Positions 28,944 to 39,620 of a stretch of DNA of 64,000 nt are shown piece by piece. The stretch spans positions 6,827 through 70,826 of IMG/VR virus record IMGVR_UViG_3300020122_000057. One strand, given 5' to 3'. This stretch comes from a virus. A program made the translations under genes and the position numbers. Numbering within the stretch: position 1 is the first letter of the stretch; every line of letters begins with the position of its first letter. The notes below the pieces were generated by a model that did not search any database, was not told where the DNA came from, and worked only from the letters and a program-made list of their open reading frames with translations.

Positions 28944-31900
28944 TGAAAAAGTTAACTACGTTTCTTATCCTGCTTCTTGCGCCCTTCATTGCGCTGGGCC
29001 AGACTACGCACGGTAAGATACAAACAGACGAGATTTTCAATTCAGGTATCTTGACGATCTCCGGGGCTACGCCATCGGTAACAAACGGAAATATCTTTGC
29101 CACAAGCAATGGAAGTCCGATAACAATTACTAACTTTCTAAATGGTGTAAATACTCAACGTATCTCCGTTATCTGCGCTGATTTGAATACTTCTATCGCC
29201 AATAACGCAAATATTGTCACCTCTAACGGAACCACCTTTACCTGCGGCTTCATTAACCAAGAACTTGATTTCATTCTCAACGGTACCGTATGGGTACAAG
29301 CATCTGGTGGCGTGGCAGCGGGTTGTTCGCCAAGCGGTAATAATAATGCTCTGCAAAAGAAATCCGGTACAGCTTGTGTAGGTACGGCTCTTACTGAGAA
29401 CGCAGGTACGTTTGCCGTCGGTGACGACTTCCAGCCGCTAGGACCGAACCCATATGTTGATCCTCGTTCATATGGAGTTCGTGCGCTTGACACTAGATTC
29501 ATTCCTGCCGTTCCGGGAATTACGGGAAGCATAAGCAGCGGAACAACCGCTCTAACGGGAATCTCTACCTCTAACTGTTCGAACCAAACTGGAGCTATTT
29601 GCTTTAGAAACGGAGACGGCATTGCTATTCCCAATGCAGGCCCATCTCAAAGCATGGTTGCTCCTACCCCAGCAGTAGTTCCAAGTCTTCCTGCTGGTCC
29701 TACTGGTATTGCGGTAACTGTCGCAGGTCCCGCAGGCCCTTCCACATATAACTATAAAATAGTAGCCGTTGATAAAGCTAGGGGTATGACTGTTCCCGGT
29801 CCTGTTACTACGATAACTACGGGTAAAACTAATCTTGGAGCTAGGTCTGTAGGACTAACTTCGTGCGCTAGGGCTAATAAAACGGTTACTTGTCAAACTT
29901 CGGGTGTTCACGAATTGGCAGTTGGAGCAGCTATTATAATTAATCAAACCATAGGTGATGGCACCTTTTCTGGTACCTATCTTGTCGGAACGGTACCGGA
30001 CAACACGCACTTTACGTACACCAGTGGTTTCGATACTAGCATAGGCGCATCTACTTCCTCAACTGGAGGAACGGTTCATTGGTTTAATGAGAACCTAATT
30101 TCATGGTCTCACGTTGCGGGAGCGCATCAATATATTATTTGTTCAGATCGTATAGGTGGAGGATTCGTTCCTATTGGTATTACTCTACCAGATAATCAAA
30201 CAGTCGCTCCAGCTATAACTGATATGGCTCTAGCTTGGGATGACTTAGGTTCTCCTTTGCGGGATAACTTCCAGCTTCCATACTGGGCTGGGACTAACCC
30301 CTGCACTGCATCGTCTCCTCAAAATGACGAACTAACGACAACAATTGTAAGCGGTGCTCCGGGTACAAGCTTTACTTTAGCCAACGCAGCCAGCAATACA
30401 GTAAGTAATGGAACAATTCTCTTTGACAATAGTGTTAATTTCCTAGCCGCCGTCACCGCTGCTCACCAGACCCCAGTAAATATCCCTTATACTTTTATTC
30501 CCGGTACGGCTACAGGATTTGTTTTTAATTCCTATCTTATTCTCCCTACACAGGCGAATATTTGCCAGCTTGGTCCCGTTCAAATTAACGATACGATTGA
30601 AGTGGTTCTTGCGGATAGGTGGTCGGGGAGTTGTCCACCAGCATCAGCGTCAGTACCATCTTCTGGTTGGGAAGGTTTTCCCTCTGTTAGCGTGGGACCT
30701 GCTTATCCGGGTATCTACAAAGCTGGCGGCAATCTAGCTATCGGAAATTTACAATTTACTGACTCTGCTAACTTAAATAACAAAATTTATATGGTCTACG
30801 ATGGTGGAGGAGTTCCAAGTGGTACTCTTAATAGTATGAATATGTCCCTAAGCGGGAATATGAGTATGGGAATAGTTCTCCGGGCTAATACGGGTAATTC
30901 AGTAAATGGCTTGACGATGCGGGGACACTTTCTATTCGCCTCGTCCACAGGTTCCATTGGAGATACAACAACCCCATCATTCTATGGAGACCCGGCAGGC
31001 ATAATTGCTAACTATATTGCCACTCCCGGACGCGGTTTAGCCTTCAAGAGCGTTACTTCTCCATTTAACGGAGTTTGTTTCATCGCAGATTTATACATGA
31101 ACGGAGGAGTAACTCCACCGCTTACTCTTATATCCGGTGGGGCTAATCAGTTCTTCCATCTTGGATTAGTGACCGAGGATACCGTTGGACTCCCATTATT
31201 CGCTAATCTAAACTCAGTGGGGTCTAAACTAACTATTGACGACCTGCAAGCAGGACCTAACTCGGATGGAGTTAGCTTCCCTCCTTTAGTCAGCGGATTC
31301 TCTACTCCTGTAATTGGCGCATCAATGGTGCCCGGATATGATCGAAATGTTTCCCTAATCAGCGGAACAGGTTTAAGTTCTACAGAACCCGCTGGTACTA
31401 ACCTCACGCAACAATTCATTGAGGGTGATTTTTGGGTTGGAAATAATCACTCTGTTTTCGTTAACAGTCCAGCTATCGGAGCACCCACTGCGGGAGCACC
31501 AACGGCTGGTGGATCGGTGCCGATTGGCACTATAAATTATCGTGTAGTCCCAGTATGGGCAAATGGAGGGGAAGGTAATTATTCTCTTACTTCGAATTCT
31601 GTAACTACTACTTCAGGTTTCCAGACAATTCCTTTAACTTGGCCAGCAGCTTCCGGTAACCCTCTTGGTTACGATATCTATCGCAACGGAGTGTTATTGA
31701 CTTGTACCATTCCTAATGTAACTACTAATGCATTCTCTGACACTTTAGGCTTTGCTTGCGGTGCCAGCGCTGAACAATTACCTACGGGTGGCCCAACGAT
31801 GCTCATGCCCGGAACGCAGGGTATAGTAGCGCCGCAATATATATTGAGTGGAGGCACTACTGGAGGAAAAGCCACAATCAGCGGAACATTCACAAGCAAT

Positions 31901-33994
31901 CGTCCGGCGACATGGCCAGATGCTAGCGGAACGGTAGGATTATATACTGGCGCATTCTCTACCAATGATTGCATAAAAGCCAGCATAACAGCCGGATTTG
32001 CGGTATTCGTAAGTGCGGGTGGCCCGTGCGGAACATTCGTCAATCCGATGAGTGCTATTGGACAAATGATTGGTGGCGGTACTGCCGGAGCGCCTGTAGC
32101 AATCGCAGCGGGTAAAACGGGACAAAGTATCGTTGCAAGCAATGGCGCGACACCTGCGTTTGCTTCGCCGGGAATTAACGGAAGCAATGTAACTTCGACT
32201 CCGTATACTGTGCAGTGTGATAGTTCAACGGCACTAATTGATCGCGGCACTGTAATTACGCTGAAATCTGGAGCTAGTGTAGTGAACGTACCTGACCCAA
32301 GCACCTCGGGATGTGGCGGTAATTTCGTATTCTCGTTAGTAGACGATGGCGCAAGCGCAGTTACAATCAATCGCGGCACGACGGCGACATTTAACATCGC
32401 AAACGGGAACTCGAATTCCGATGGTCAGACCAGCTTCACAATGACCAATGGACAATTCGCAACAATCAATAGTCCTGATAACACGAATTGGACAGTACGA
32501 TTCGAGACACTAACTACCGTTCCAGTCTCCGCAGCCGTGTTGGGTTCCACTGCTGGTGGCGTGCTTCAAGCAGATACCTCGCACAACATCGTAACTCCGC
32601 TTATCTGTTTGGATTCGTCTGGCTCCGGTACAGCACAATCTTGCTCAACATCGCCTACATTTACTCCTGCTGCGGGAGACATAATTATATACAAAACCAC
32701 GACTGCGAATACTGGCAGCGTAACGGTCAACGTAAACGCTAGCTCTGCCGCAACAATCAAGAAGTGGCAGGGAACGGCGAACTTGGCTGCGAATGATCTA
32801 CAGGCTGGAATCTACAACCTAATAGTCTTCGACGGTACGAACTGGGAAATTCCGACAATTGGTAATGCACCGTCGGGCGGCGGATCATCAACATGGAATG
32901 GTTTGACTAATCCTACTGGAAATATGTTACTTAATACGATGAGTACCTTCCTATCCGAATGGGACTACACCACTGGGTTGACGAATGCTTGGAAGATTAC
33001 AAACGTTACCGCAGCTACAGTCACGACTCCACAGAACGGCCCACAAATGAACCTTGATTGCGGACAGGAATGGACTGGTGCGGGTGTCTCAACGGAAGCA
33101 TGCTATCAGGTTCAGGTGACTCCGGGAACTGGATTGAATACGCAATCGCTTGTGGCGATTAAGAACACAAGTGCGTCAACGAATACCAATAACGGCTTCA
33201 GCTTCAATGGAAATATCTACCTACCTTCTGGCGGGAAAGTGGGTATCAACTCGCAGGGAAACGAGAATGCCTCCTTTGCTTCAGGCGGCCTATCTTGCGC
33301 TTCGGGTACGCGCTGCGTAGCGTTCTTTAACACAGGAAACATCGACACAGGCGGTATCGACGGTACGGTAAGCCGTGTTGCAGCCGGGGTAATCGGTATT
33401 GGAACTGGAGCAGCGGGGAGCACTGCTGGCACTGCCGCTCTTACAGCAACTCGCTATACAGAAGCAGCGGCTCCTACAACGGCTGCATCTTCGGGCACTG
33501 TTTACGAAGATTCAACCCAACACGAATATTTCGGTTCAACCAATGGAGCTTCAACTTTTGGAATGCTAAATCGTACCCAACCCGGTGCAATTAACAACTC
33601 AGCACAAACCGCAGCGATTACCACGGCAACTCTTTGCGCAGCTTCCGCTGGAGCCTGCAACGTAGCTGGTCAATATAAGGTTCATTTTGATTTTATCGAG
33701 GACGGTGCAGCCTGTGCTACTCCCGGTACTGGTGGCGTAACATTCTTGCTAACTTGGACAGACGCAAACGCTACCACCCATTCCGCTGTATCTCTTGCAA
33801 TGGATGATGCATCTGGAATAACATCGCTTTCTCAGACATTCCACTTCCAGACTACCCTTGCCGCAGCATGGGCAAGTGGAGATTTTACCATATCATCTAA
33901 CGGTTCCGTTATTCAATATGCAACTGGATATACCGCATGCACTTCCGGTACAGGATCGTATCGTCTTCAGGCTGCTGTGGTGAGATTGCAATAA
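28943..33994 (+). CDS. very large tail spike/fibre-like protein with signal peptide
   Basis: MKKLTTFLILLLAPFIALG/Q; VDPRSYG..DNSVNF beta-helix-type start; Thr/Gly/Ser-rich. Confidence 0.7.
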   Translation: MKKLTTFLILLLAPFIALGQTTHGKIQTDEIFNSGILTISGATPSVTNGNIFATSNGSPITITNFLNGVNTQRISVICADLNTSIANNANIVTSNGTTFTCGFINQELDFILNGTVWVQASGGVAAGCSPSGNNNALQKKSGTACVGTALTENAGTFAVGDDFQPLGPNPYVDPRSYGVRALDTRFIPAVPGITGSISSGTTALTGISTSNCSNQTGAICFRNGDGIAIPNAGPSQSMVAPTPAVVPSLPAGPTGIAVTVAGPAGPSTYNYKIVAVDKARGMTVPGPVTTITTGKTNLGARSVGLTSCARANKTVTCQTSGVHELAVGAAIIINQTIGDGTFSGTYLVGTVPDNTHFTYTSGFDTSIGASTSSTGGTVHWFNENLISWSHVAGAHQYIICSDRIGGGFVPIGITLPDNQTVAPAITDMALAWDDLGSPLRDNFQLPYWAGTNPCTASSPQNDELTTTIVSGAPGTSFTLANAASNTVSNGTILFDNSVNFLAAVTAAHQTPVNIPYTFIPGTATGFVFNSYLILPTQANICQLGPVQINDTIEVVLADRWSGSCPPASASVPSSGWEGFPSVSVGPAYPGIYKAGGNLAIGNLQFTDSANLNNKIYMVYDGGGVPSGTLNSMNMSLSGNMSMGIVLRANTGNSVNGLTMRGHFLFASSTGSIGDTTTPSFYGDPAGIIANYIATPGRGLAFKSVTSPFNGVCFIADLYMNGGVTPPLTLISGGANQFFHLGLVTEDTVGLPLFANLNSVGSKLTIDDLQAGPNSDGVSFPPLVSGFSTPVIGASMVPGYDRNVSLISGTGLSSTEPAGTNLTQQFIEGDFWVGNNHSVFVNSPAIGAPTAGAPTAGGSVPIGTINYRVVPVWANGGEGNYSLTSNSVTTTSGFQTIPLTWPAASGNPLGYDIYRNGVLLTCTIPNVTTNAFSDTLGFACGASAEQLPTGGPTMLMPGTQGIVAPQYILSGGTTGGKATISGTFTSNRPATWPDASGTVGLYTGAFSTNDCIKASITAGFAVFVSAGGPCGTFVNPMSAIGQMIGGGTAGAPVAIAAGKTGQSIVASNGATPAFASPGINGSNVTSTPYTVQCDSSTALIDRGTVITLKSGASVVNVPDPSTSGCGGNFVFSLVDDGASAVTINRGTTATFNIANGNSNSDGQTSFTMTNGQFATINSPDNTNWTVRFETLTTVPVSAAVLGSTAGGVLQADTSHNIVTPLICLDSSGSGTAQSCSTSPTFTPAAGDIIIYKTTTANTGSVTVNVNASSAATIKKWQGTANLAANDLQAGIYNLIVFDGTNWEIPTIGNAPSGGGSSTWNGLTNPTGNMLLNTMSTFLSEWDYTTGLTNAWKITNVTAATVTTPQNGPQMNLDCGQEWTGAGVSTEACYQVQVTPGTGLNTQSLVAIKNTSASTNTNNGFSFNGNIYLPSGGKVGINSQGNENASFASGGLSCASGTRCVAFFNTGNIDTGGIDGTVSRVAAGVIGIGTGAAGSTAGTAALTATRYTEAAAPTTAASSGTVYEDSTQHEYFGSTNGASTFGMLNRTQPGAINNSAQTAAITTATLCAASAGACNVAGQYKVHFDFIEDGAACATPGTGGVTFLLTWTDANATTHSAVSLAMDDASGITSLSQTFHFQTTLAAAWASGDFTISSNGSVIQYATGYTACTSGTGSYRLQAAVVRLQ

Positions 33995-36699
33995 TGAAAT
34001 GGTTTCTTCCAATTCTATTTTTATTGCTACCATTTTCTGCGTTCGCTCAATATCCACCGCCAACTGGTGGATTTGACACGTATCACGGCTTGGCTGGAAC
34101 AAACTGTACTCACGGGACTGCCACAGCGTTCTCGCTCGATACGATTACAGTAAGCGCGCATCAAAATATTGTATTCTGCGATTTCTCCAGTCACGTATAT
34201 TATCTAAAGGGCTTTTTCACTTTCGATAACTCTCAACCCGGTGGATCAGATGAGTTTGGGCATACATACAACTTTTATACAACCGCTAAATACGGCACCC
34301 AACAGAACTGGGCTGATGCCTCAATTGGCCGTTTCCTAAGCTGGGGATATACAGGGCTAGCCCCCGGACGAGCTACCTCGGTAACTAATCCTTGGGCAAC
34401 GGCTAACCCAGTCCCTTTCATTGCTGGCGCTGACGTATCTCACTACAGCGTATCGAATCCACAGGGATACACCCACGCAGGCTGCGACTTACCGAAGGAC
34501 CTCTCTACGTCGCTAAAGACTACATCCTTCAGCGGGGCAACGTCTTTCAATCTTGTGGATTATAATAGTTCATGCTGGGGTACTTACGTTCGTGCGTACA
34601 TGGACAATGATAATGCTTTTGCAGTGAGAAGCCAAACGACAGCTTTTAAGCACTATTTAGTAGCTATAGCACTAACTGACGCCGATAACTCTCACTGCCT
34701 TGGTGCCGGACCCGACTTCGTTCCCGCAAACGGGAATTATGATTTTCGCTGCGGAACTATGTCGCTATACGCGCCACCAACCCAATTTGCCGATTCGGGA
34801 AATGGTCAGGTTTACACAGATGGAACAGTAGCGATTAAAAAAAGTATCCATACTATCGCAATTTCCGCCCATACTAACTTCACTGGAATCAATACCTCAT
34901 GGGGAAGTTCCTATACTACAGACTTAACTAGCGGCACTTGCTTTGGTTCATTACAACCAACATATGTATGCCCGTCCCCAGCAGCCGCTTTCGCTCTTGG
35001 AACTGGTAATGGGGTACAAACGGTATTCACTGGAACTTTGAATACGATTGTATCGAAATTTTCAATCTATGTCGCAGCCAATGGCGCAATTATTGGTGGT
35101 GATACGGGAAGTGGCGGAATCTTCGGCAATAAAGTACCAGCTATTACACTTGCTTCGAGCACAATCAATTACTCTACTGGAGCCTTGAGCATAACGTTCA
35201 CGACAGCCCCGGCAAACGGTGTAGTCCTAACGGTAGGTTACATCCAGAATGGCTGGGGGATCGGAACAGGACTACTGGACGAAGATTGCCGCGCTGGACA
35301 CGCTTCCTATTGTGGAAGTTCGCTTGTTTTCCTAACCGGAATGACAACAGGCTTAAAAACAGATATTGGAGCTACAACAAAACAATATGCCACAGACTAT
35401 GCTGGCCAAGCGACAACCGCTATTTCAGGGTGGGCTAGCACCAATAGCTTCACTGGAAAAGTACTATTTGCCGGAGTATATGCTCTAGGAAGCTGGGGAG
35501 CACCACCAGATAGTTTCGTGCTCCAAGGAATGGCAGCGGGTGGACAGGATGTTATTATCGCCTCAGGTTCGGGAAACGGTTTCTCCCATTGGACACAGGG
35601 TATGCTTGACTATGTCCATACAAATTGGGGGGATGTTCCAATTATTGAAAGTTCCTACCGCGTATCTAATCGAGACTCTAGCTTCGCTTGGCCGGGAAGT
35701 CCAGCTACTTCAACTCCGGGAACTACGGCTGTCTCAGCAACGCTAACAACCCCAATTAATTTTAGTACAGGATCGTTGATTGATTCTTTCTGTGCTGACG
35801 CCTCGTATAATCGTTTACAGGCCCATCCGAACTCCGTGAATACAGGTACGGGAGTAGTAACCTACACGTCTACATCAAACACAGTCTCCGCTTCCACAAC
35901 CTGTACAGTTCAATGGTCTGACAATAACGAAGGCGGTTTCTCGTCTCAAATTACACGCGGAAACGACTATAAATCCGATATCGGAGCCGCACCAACGGTA
36001 GCATACACTACTGGCGGAAAGAGAATGTACGTCGGTCTCCTGCAATGGGCATGGCAGGATTATCACAACGAGAAACTAAATTGGGGAGACGTAACAGTAA
36101 AGGATAATCCATATAATGGAATTGATGGCAATTCCGGTTCCTTTGCTTGTCAAGCTCCTGATGGAGCACACACTTGCGGTGGGGAAGCAACGGATCATCT
36201 TAACGGCGGTCCTCTTGGGGATTTTATCGACTTAGTTGGACAGGCTCATGGACAAATAGATACTTATTTCCTTGGCGGCGGTGGAGGCAGTTCGGGAGTA
36301 ACCCTTAGCATCACAAGCGCCAGTTTCGGAACTGAAATAATCGGACTTACGGACAATACGTGTAATGTCTCCTTATCCCCATGTATAGTACAATTAACTA
36401 ATAGTGGTACTGCTACATTGAATATTAGCAGCATTGCTTTATCAAGTGGAGTGAATTTCGGAAAGTCCACGACTTGTGGAGCAACTCTTGGAGTTGGATT
36501 ATCATGCAATGTGACACTAACTTTCACGCCAACTACTTTAGGAGCGTTAAGCGATACACTCACTTTCACAACCGATGCGCCAAGTAGTCCAGATACCGTA
36601 TCACTTACAGGAAATGGCGTTCCCCCGCCACTGCCAGCTATACAGTTCGTAAAGCTAACTAACAGACCGGAGCAACCAACCCATGAATATATCTTCTAA
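33994..36699 (+). CDS. glycoside hydrolase-like protein with C-terminal Ig-like (ASH-type) domain and signal peptide
   Basis: MKWFLPILFLLLPFSAFA/Q; RFLSWGY, DVPIIE, VGLLQWAWQD...EKLNWG; LTNSGTATLNISSI..C...TFTPT. Confidence 0.65.
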   Translation: MKWFLPILFLLLPFSAFAQYPPPTGGFDTYHGLAGTNCTHGTATAFSLDTITVSAHQNIVFCDFSSHVYYLKGFFTFDNSQPGGSDEFGHTYNFYTTAKYGTQQNWADASIGRFLSWGYTGLAPGRATSVTNPWATANPVPFIAGADVSHYSVSNPQGYTHAGCDLPKDLSTSLKTTSFSGATSFNLVDYNSSCWGTYVRAYMDNDNAFAVRSQTTAFKHYLVAIALTDADNSHCLGAGPDFVPANGNYDFRCGTMSLYAPPTQFADSGNGQVYTDGTVAIKKSIHTIAISAHTNFTGINTSWGSSYTTDLTSGTCFGSLQPTYVCPSPAAAFALGTGNGVQTVFTGTLNTIVSKFSIYVAANGAIIGGDTGSGGIFGNKVPAITLASSTINYSTGALSITFTTAPANGVVLTVGYIQNGWGIGTGLLDEDCRAGHASYCGSSLVFLTGMTTGLKTDIGATTKQYATDYAGQATTAISGWASTNSFTGKVLFAGVYALGSWGAPPDSFVLQGMAAGGQDVIIASGSGNGFSHWTQGMLDYVHTNWGDVPIIESSYRVSNRDSSFAWPGSPATSTPGTTAVSATLTTPINFSTGSLIDSFCADASYNRLQAHPNSVNTGTGVVTYTSTSNTVSASTTCTVQWSDNNEGGFSSQITRGNDYKSDIGAAPTVAYTTGGKRMYVGLLQWAWQDYHNEKLNWGDVTVKDNPYNGIDGNSGSFACQAPDGAHTCGGEATDHLNGGPLGDFIDLVGQAHGQIDTYFLGGGGGSSGVTLSITSASFGTEIIGLTDNTCNVSLSPCIVQLTNSGTATLNISSIALSSGVNFGKSTTCGATLGVGLSCNVTLTFTPTTLGALSDTLTFTTDAPSSPDTVSLTGNGVPPPLPAIQFVKLTNRPEQPTHEYIF

Positions 36700-36919
36700 T
36701 GAGCAGGATTTTAGAGAAGAAGTAATCGCTAAATTAAGTACTATCAGCGCTAAGATGGATATGCTCGTGGGTACTGATACGAACAAAGGACGTGTTCGCA
36801 AGCTAGAGGAAGACGTACAGGAACTAAAATCCTCCCGCGATAAAGCCATTGGTTGGGGAATCGCTTGGGGAATGTTCATTGGGATCGGTGAGGCGATTTA
36901 TCATTTATTCAAGAAATAA
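36683..36919 (+). CDS. small coiled-coil plus TM protein (holin/hemolysin-like)
   Basis: GRVRKLEE followed by a C-terminal TM helix. Confidence 0.55.
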   Translation: MNISSNEQDFREEVIAKLSTISAKMDMLVGTDTNKGRVRKLEEDVQELKSSRDKAIGWGIAWGMFIGIGEAIYHLFKK

Positions 36920-36971
36920 TGTGAGTTGCTTGATTTCAATTATCGAGATAGAGTAGTAACGGAGAGAAAAT

Positions 36972-37388
36972 ATGGCTGCAATCGGTGGTGGACAAATTAT
37001 TCAGAAGGCGCTCGAACGGACAGCGCTTAATGATATGGGTACTGGATTGGCTTACGGAAACGGAACTACGCCCTTTGAATTGGGATTGGGTCCCGAAGGT
37101 CCGAAGGGTACAATGGTCGGTGCTGTAAGCTTTAGCGTTCTTTCTCACCTTAACGGTGGAACTATCACAGCGGGAACGCTTACTATCGACGTAAGCTTAG
37201 ATGGAATTAACTGGACGGACTCTGGAGTAACTGGCGTTCCAGTTCCAACAACTGATAGCGGATATGCGATTATTACTCTGAGCAAGTACAGCGCGGCCCA
37301 AAAGATGCCTGCGCGTTTTGTCCGGGGCAAAATAGCAAGCGCAGCATCAACGGGCGCTCCAACGGTAGACATAGCTGCGGCGGCGTAA
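36972..37388 (+). CDS. putative virion protein
   Basis: IDVSLDGINW...ARFVR jelly-roll-like pattern. Confidence 0.6.
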   Translation: MAAIGGGQIIQKALERTALNDMGTGLAYGNGTTPFELGLGPEGPKGTMVGAVSFSVLSHLNGGTITAGTLTIDVSLDGINWTDSGVTGVPVPTTDSGYAIITLSKYSAAQKMPARFVRGKIASAASTGAPTVDIAAAA

Positions 37389-37823
37389 ATGGATCAAACG
37401 CTAATCTTGCTCGTGAAGGATATAGCTACGGGGCAAGGACTTGATTCGAAACTCGTATGCGCCGTAATCGAACAGGAAAGTATGTGGAATCCTTATGCAA
37501 TACGATATGAGCCTGCTTTCTTCTCGAAATACGTAGCACCGCTTTACACGAATAATAAGATTAGCGCCACAGAAGCTTACGCACGAGGATTCAGTTGGGG
37601 TTTAATGCAAGTAATGGGACAGGTAGCGCGGGAAACCGGATATCTTGGCCCCTTGCCGCAACTCTGCGACCCAAACTTTGGTATACTAGTTGGGTGCAAG
37701 GTACTAAAGAAGAAACTAGATAGATACAATGACGACGTGACACAGGGTTTATTAGCTTGGAATGGCGGAGCGAACACCGCTTACGCCAGTGAAGTACTAG
37801 CAAGGATTAAAAACTATGAGTAA
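37389..37823 (+). CDS. lytic transglycosylase (SLT domain) endolysin
   Basis: AVIEQES.WNP.A, SWGLMQV, LLAWNGG. Confidence 0.92.
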   Translation: MDQTLILLVKDIATGQGLDSKLVCAVIEQESMWNPYAIRYEPAFFSKYVAPLYTNNKISATEAYARGFSWGLMQVMGQVARETGYLGPLPQLCDPNFGILVGCKVLKKKLDRYNDDVTQGLLAWNGGANTAYASEVLARIKNYE

Positions 37824-38049
37824 ACTAGATTCGTTAAACACTCCCGGTGGACACTTGGCGATATTGCTGTTTCTAACTCTCGCTTTCGGCGTATCCGGCG
37901 TATGGCTAATGCTTAAATTTGGACCGACGGCTCCAGCAGTAGCTTTGCTTGTCGGATCGTTCAGTAACTTTTCTGGCGCTGTGCTAATTATGCTGCGCTC
38001 AGGACCGAATGTTCCACCCGCACCAACAGATTCCAGTCCCAAAGTCTAA
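37816..38049 (+). CDS. putative holin
   Basis: 77 aa, two TM segments, next to the endolysin. Confidence 0.6.
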   Translation: MSKLDSLNTPGGHLAILLFLTLAFGVSGVWLMLKFGPTAPAVALLVGSFSNFSGAVLIMLRSGPNVPPAPTDSSPKV

Positions 38050-38059
38050 GGAGAATAAA

Positions 38060-38626
38060 GTGAAGAAACTCGCAAACGTAAGTCTAGTAGCAATGCTATC
38101 GGTGGCAATGATTGTATCTGGTTGCTCGTTCCAGAGTGCAATGACGCAGCTATCGAAGTATTTGCCAGTCGCGCTTCAGGCGTTTAACGGAGTCGTAACG
38201 ATTCTTGTAAACGCTGGAGCATTGTCATCCGCGCAAGGCACTGTTCTTAGCGCTGACTCAGCCAAAGTAACGAAGGGATTTACCGACGTTGAAGCGGCTG
38301 TAGCAGACTATAATGCTGCCGATCCTGCATCTAAGAGTACCAAGCTTACTGCGGTAGTCGCAGCATTGAACGTAGTACAAGCAGACCTTGGAAAGTTCCT
38401 GCCTGATGTTGGTCTAGACCCCAAGAACAAGGATGTTATCATCGCGCAATCAGCGCTTGTTCTACTAGAAGGCACTCTCGCTAGCATCGCGGTAAATCTA
38501 CCTAACCCTTCTCCCGCAGCAAAGGCAGCGGCCAGCAAGGTTAAAATCGTGTCCGCAAAAGACTTCAAGAAGCAGTATAACGCTATCGTAGTCAACGGCG
38601 GACACGCCTATGTCGCAATCAAGTAA
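38060..38626 (+). CDS. lipoprotein, possible spanin-like lysis factor
   Basis: AGGAG RBS with GTG start; lipobox IVSG-C. Confidence 0.65.
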   Translation: MKKLANVSLVAMLSVAMIVSGCSFQSAMTQLSKYLPVALQAFNGVVTILVNAGALSSAQGTVLSADSAKVTKGFTDVEAAVADYNAADPASKSTKLTAVVAALNVVQADLGKFLPDVGLDPKNKDVIIAQSALVLLEGTLASIAVNLPNPSPAAKAAASKVKIVSAKDFKKQYNAIVVNGGHAYVAIK

Positions 38627-39422
38627 CTTACCCCTATCCCCGAATGGCCGTCGATACGGAGCGCATCGCTCTCCTTTCGACCATCGGGACTTTGGAATGG
38701 CGCGGTTTCCAATGGGAGTCGCGCCACTTCCGTCTTCAGTAGACCAAGAAGCATTCTGCGGCCCGAAGCGTGACCAAGGAGCGGAGGGCAGTTGTACCGC
38801 ACACGCTGGCGTGGGTATGCTGGAATTTGTTCTCGGCAAGCACGACCCGGACTTTTCATCCCTGCCGGAATTCGTCCCTGATTTATCACCCGCATATTTG
38901 TACTATAAGGAAAGATTAATAGATGGAACACTGGGTCAAGGCGATTGCGGTAGTTATGGCCGTACAGCTTGTAAGGCTATGCAGCAGTTTGGTGTCTGCA
39001 TGGAATCGACTATGCCATATGTAGCGGGGTTATTGAATACGCCACCGTCGCAGGCACAAGATACCGAGGCTGGACAATTCAAGTCTGGTGCATATCACTC
39101 GCTTTCGAACATTCAGGACATGAAAGCGTGCTTGGTAAGCGATTATGTATTCATAATCGGATTTACTGTATACGAATCCTTCGAGACTAAAACGGGAGGA
39201 ACGCACGTCTTCAATCCGAAGACAAGCGAGAGTATCCTTGGAGGACATGAAACACTAGTTATCGGATACGACGACAGTAAGTTCGGTGGTTCATTCAAGG
39301 TTCGCAATAGCTGGGGAGCTAATTGGGGAGATAAAGGTAACTTCTGGATACCCTATCCAGTAATGACAAACCGGGAAGTCGTTATGGACGCCTACATCCA
39401 ACATCTAGGAAAGCCGTGGTAA
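38610..39422 (+). CDS. papain-family (C1) cysteine peptidase
   Basis: RDQGAEGSCTAH, GGHETLVIGYDD, VRNSWG..WGDKG. Confidence 0.92.
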   Translation: MSQSSNLPLSPNGRRYGAHRSPFDHRDFGMARFPMGVAPLPSSVDQEAFCGPKRDQGAEGSCTAHAGVGMLEFVLGKHDPDFSSLPEFVPDLSPAYLYYKERLIDGTLGQGDCGSYGRTACKAMQQFGVCMESTMPYVAGLLNTPPSQAQDTEAGQFKSGAYHSLSNIQDMKACLVSDYVFIIGFTVYESFETKTGGTHVFNPKTSESILGGHETLVIGYDDSKFGGSFKVRNSWGANWGDKGNFWIPYPVMTNREVVMDAYIQHLGKPW

Positions 39423-39434
39423 GCACAGTGCAAT

Positions 39435-39620
39435 ATGAATCGCGGACACGCAATATGGATACTCTGGTTCCTTATTTCGATAGCATATGAAATTTATTGC
39501 TGGTACAGCGAGAAGCAACCGACGCTGACTCGTACCATCGTAGACCTTATCCCTTGGTGGGCAATGGCATTTTTTCTGATATGGTTATCAATTCACTTTT
39601 TCTACTACTACCGTAAGTAG
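39435..39620 (+). CDS. small membrane protein
   Basis: two aromatic hydrophobic helices. Confidence 0.55.
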   Translation: MNRGHAIWILWFLISIAYEIYCWYSEKQPTLTRTIVDLIPWWAMAFFLIWLSIHFFYYYRK

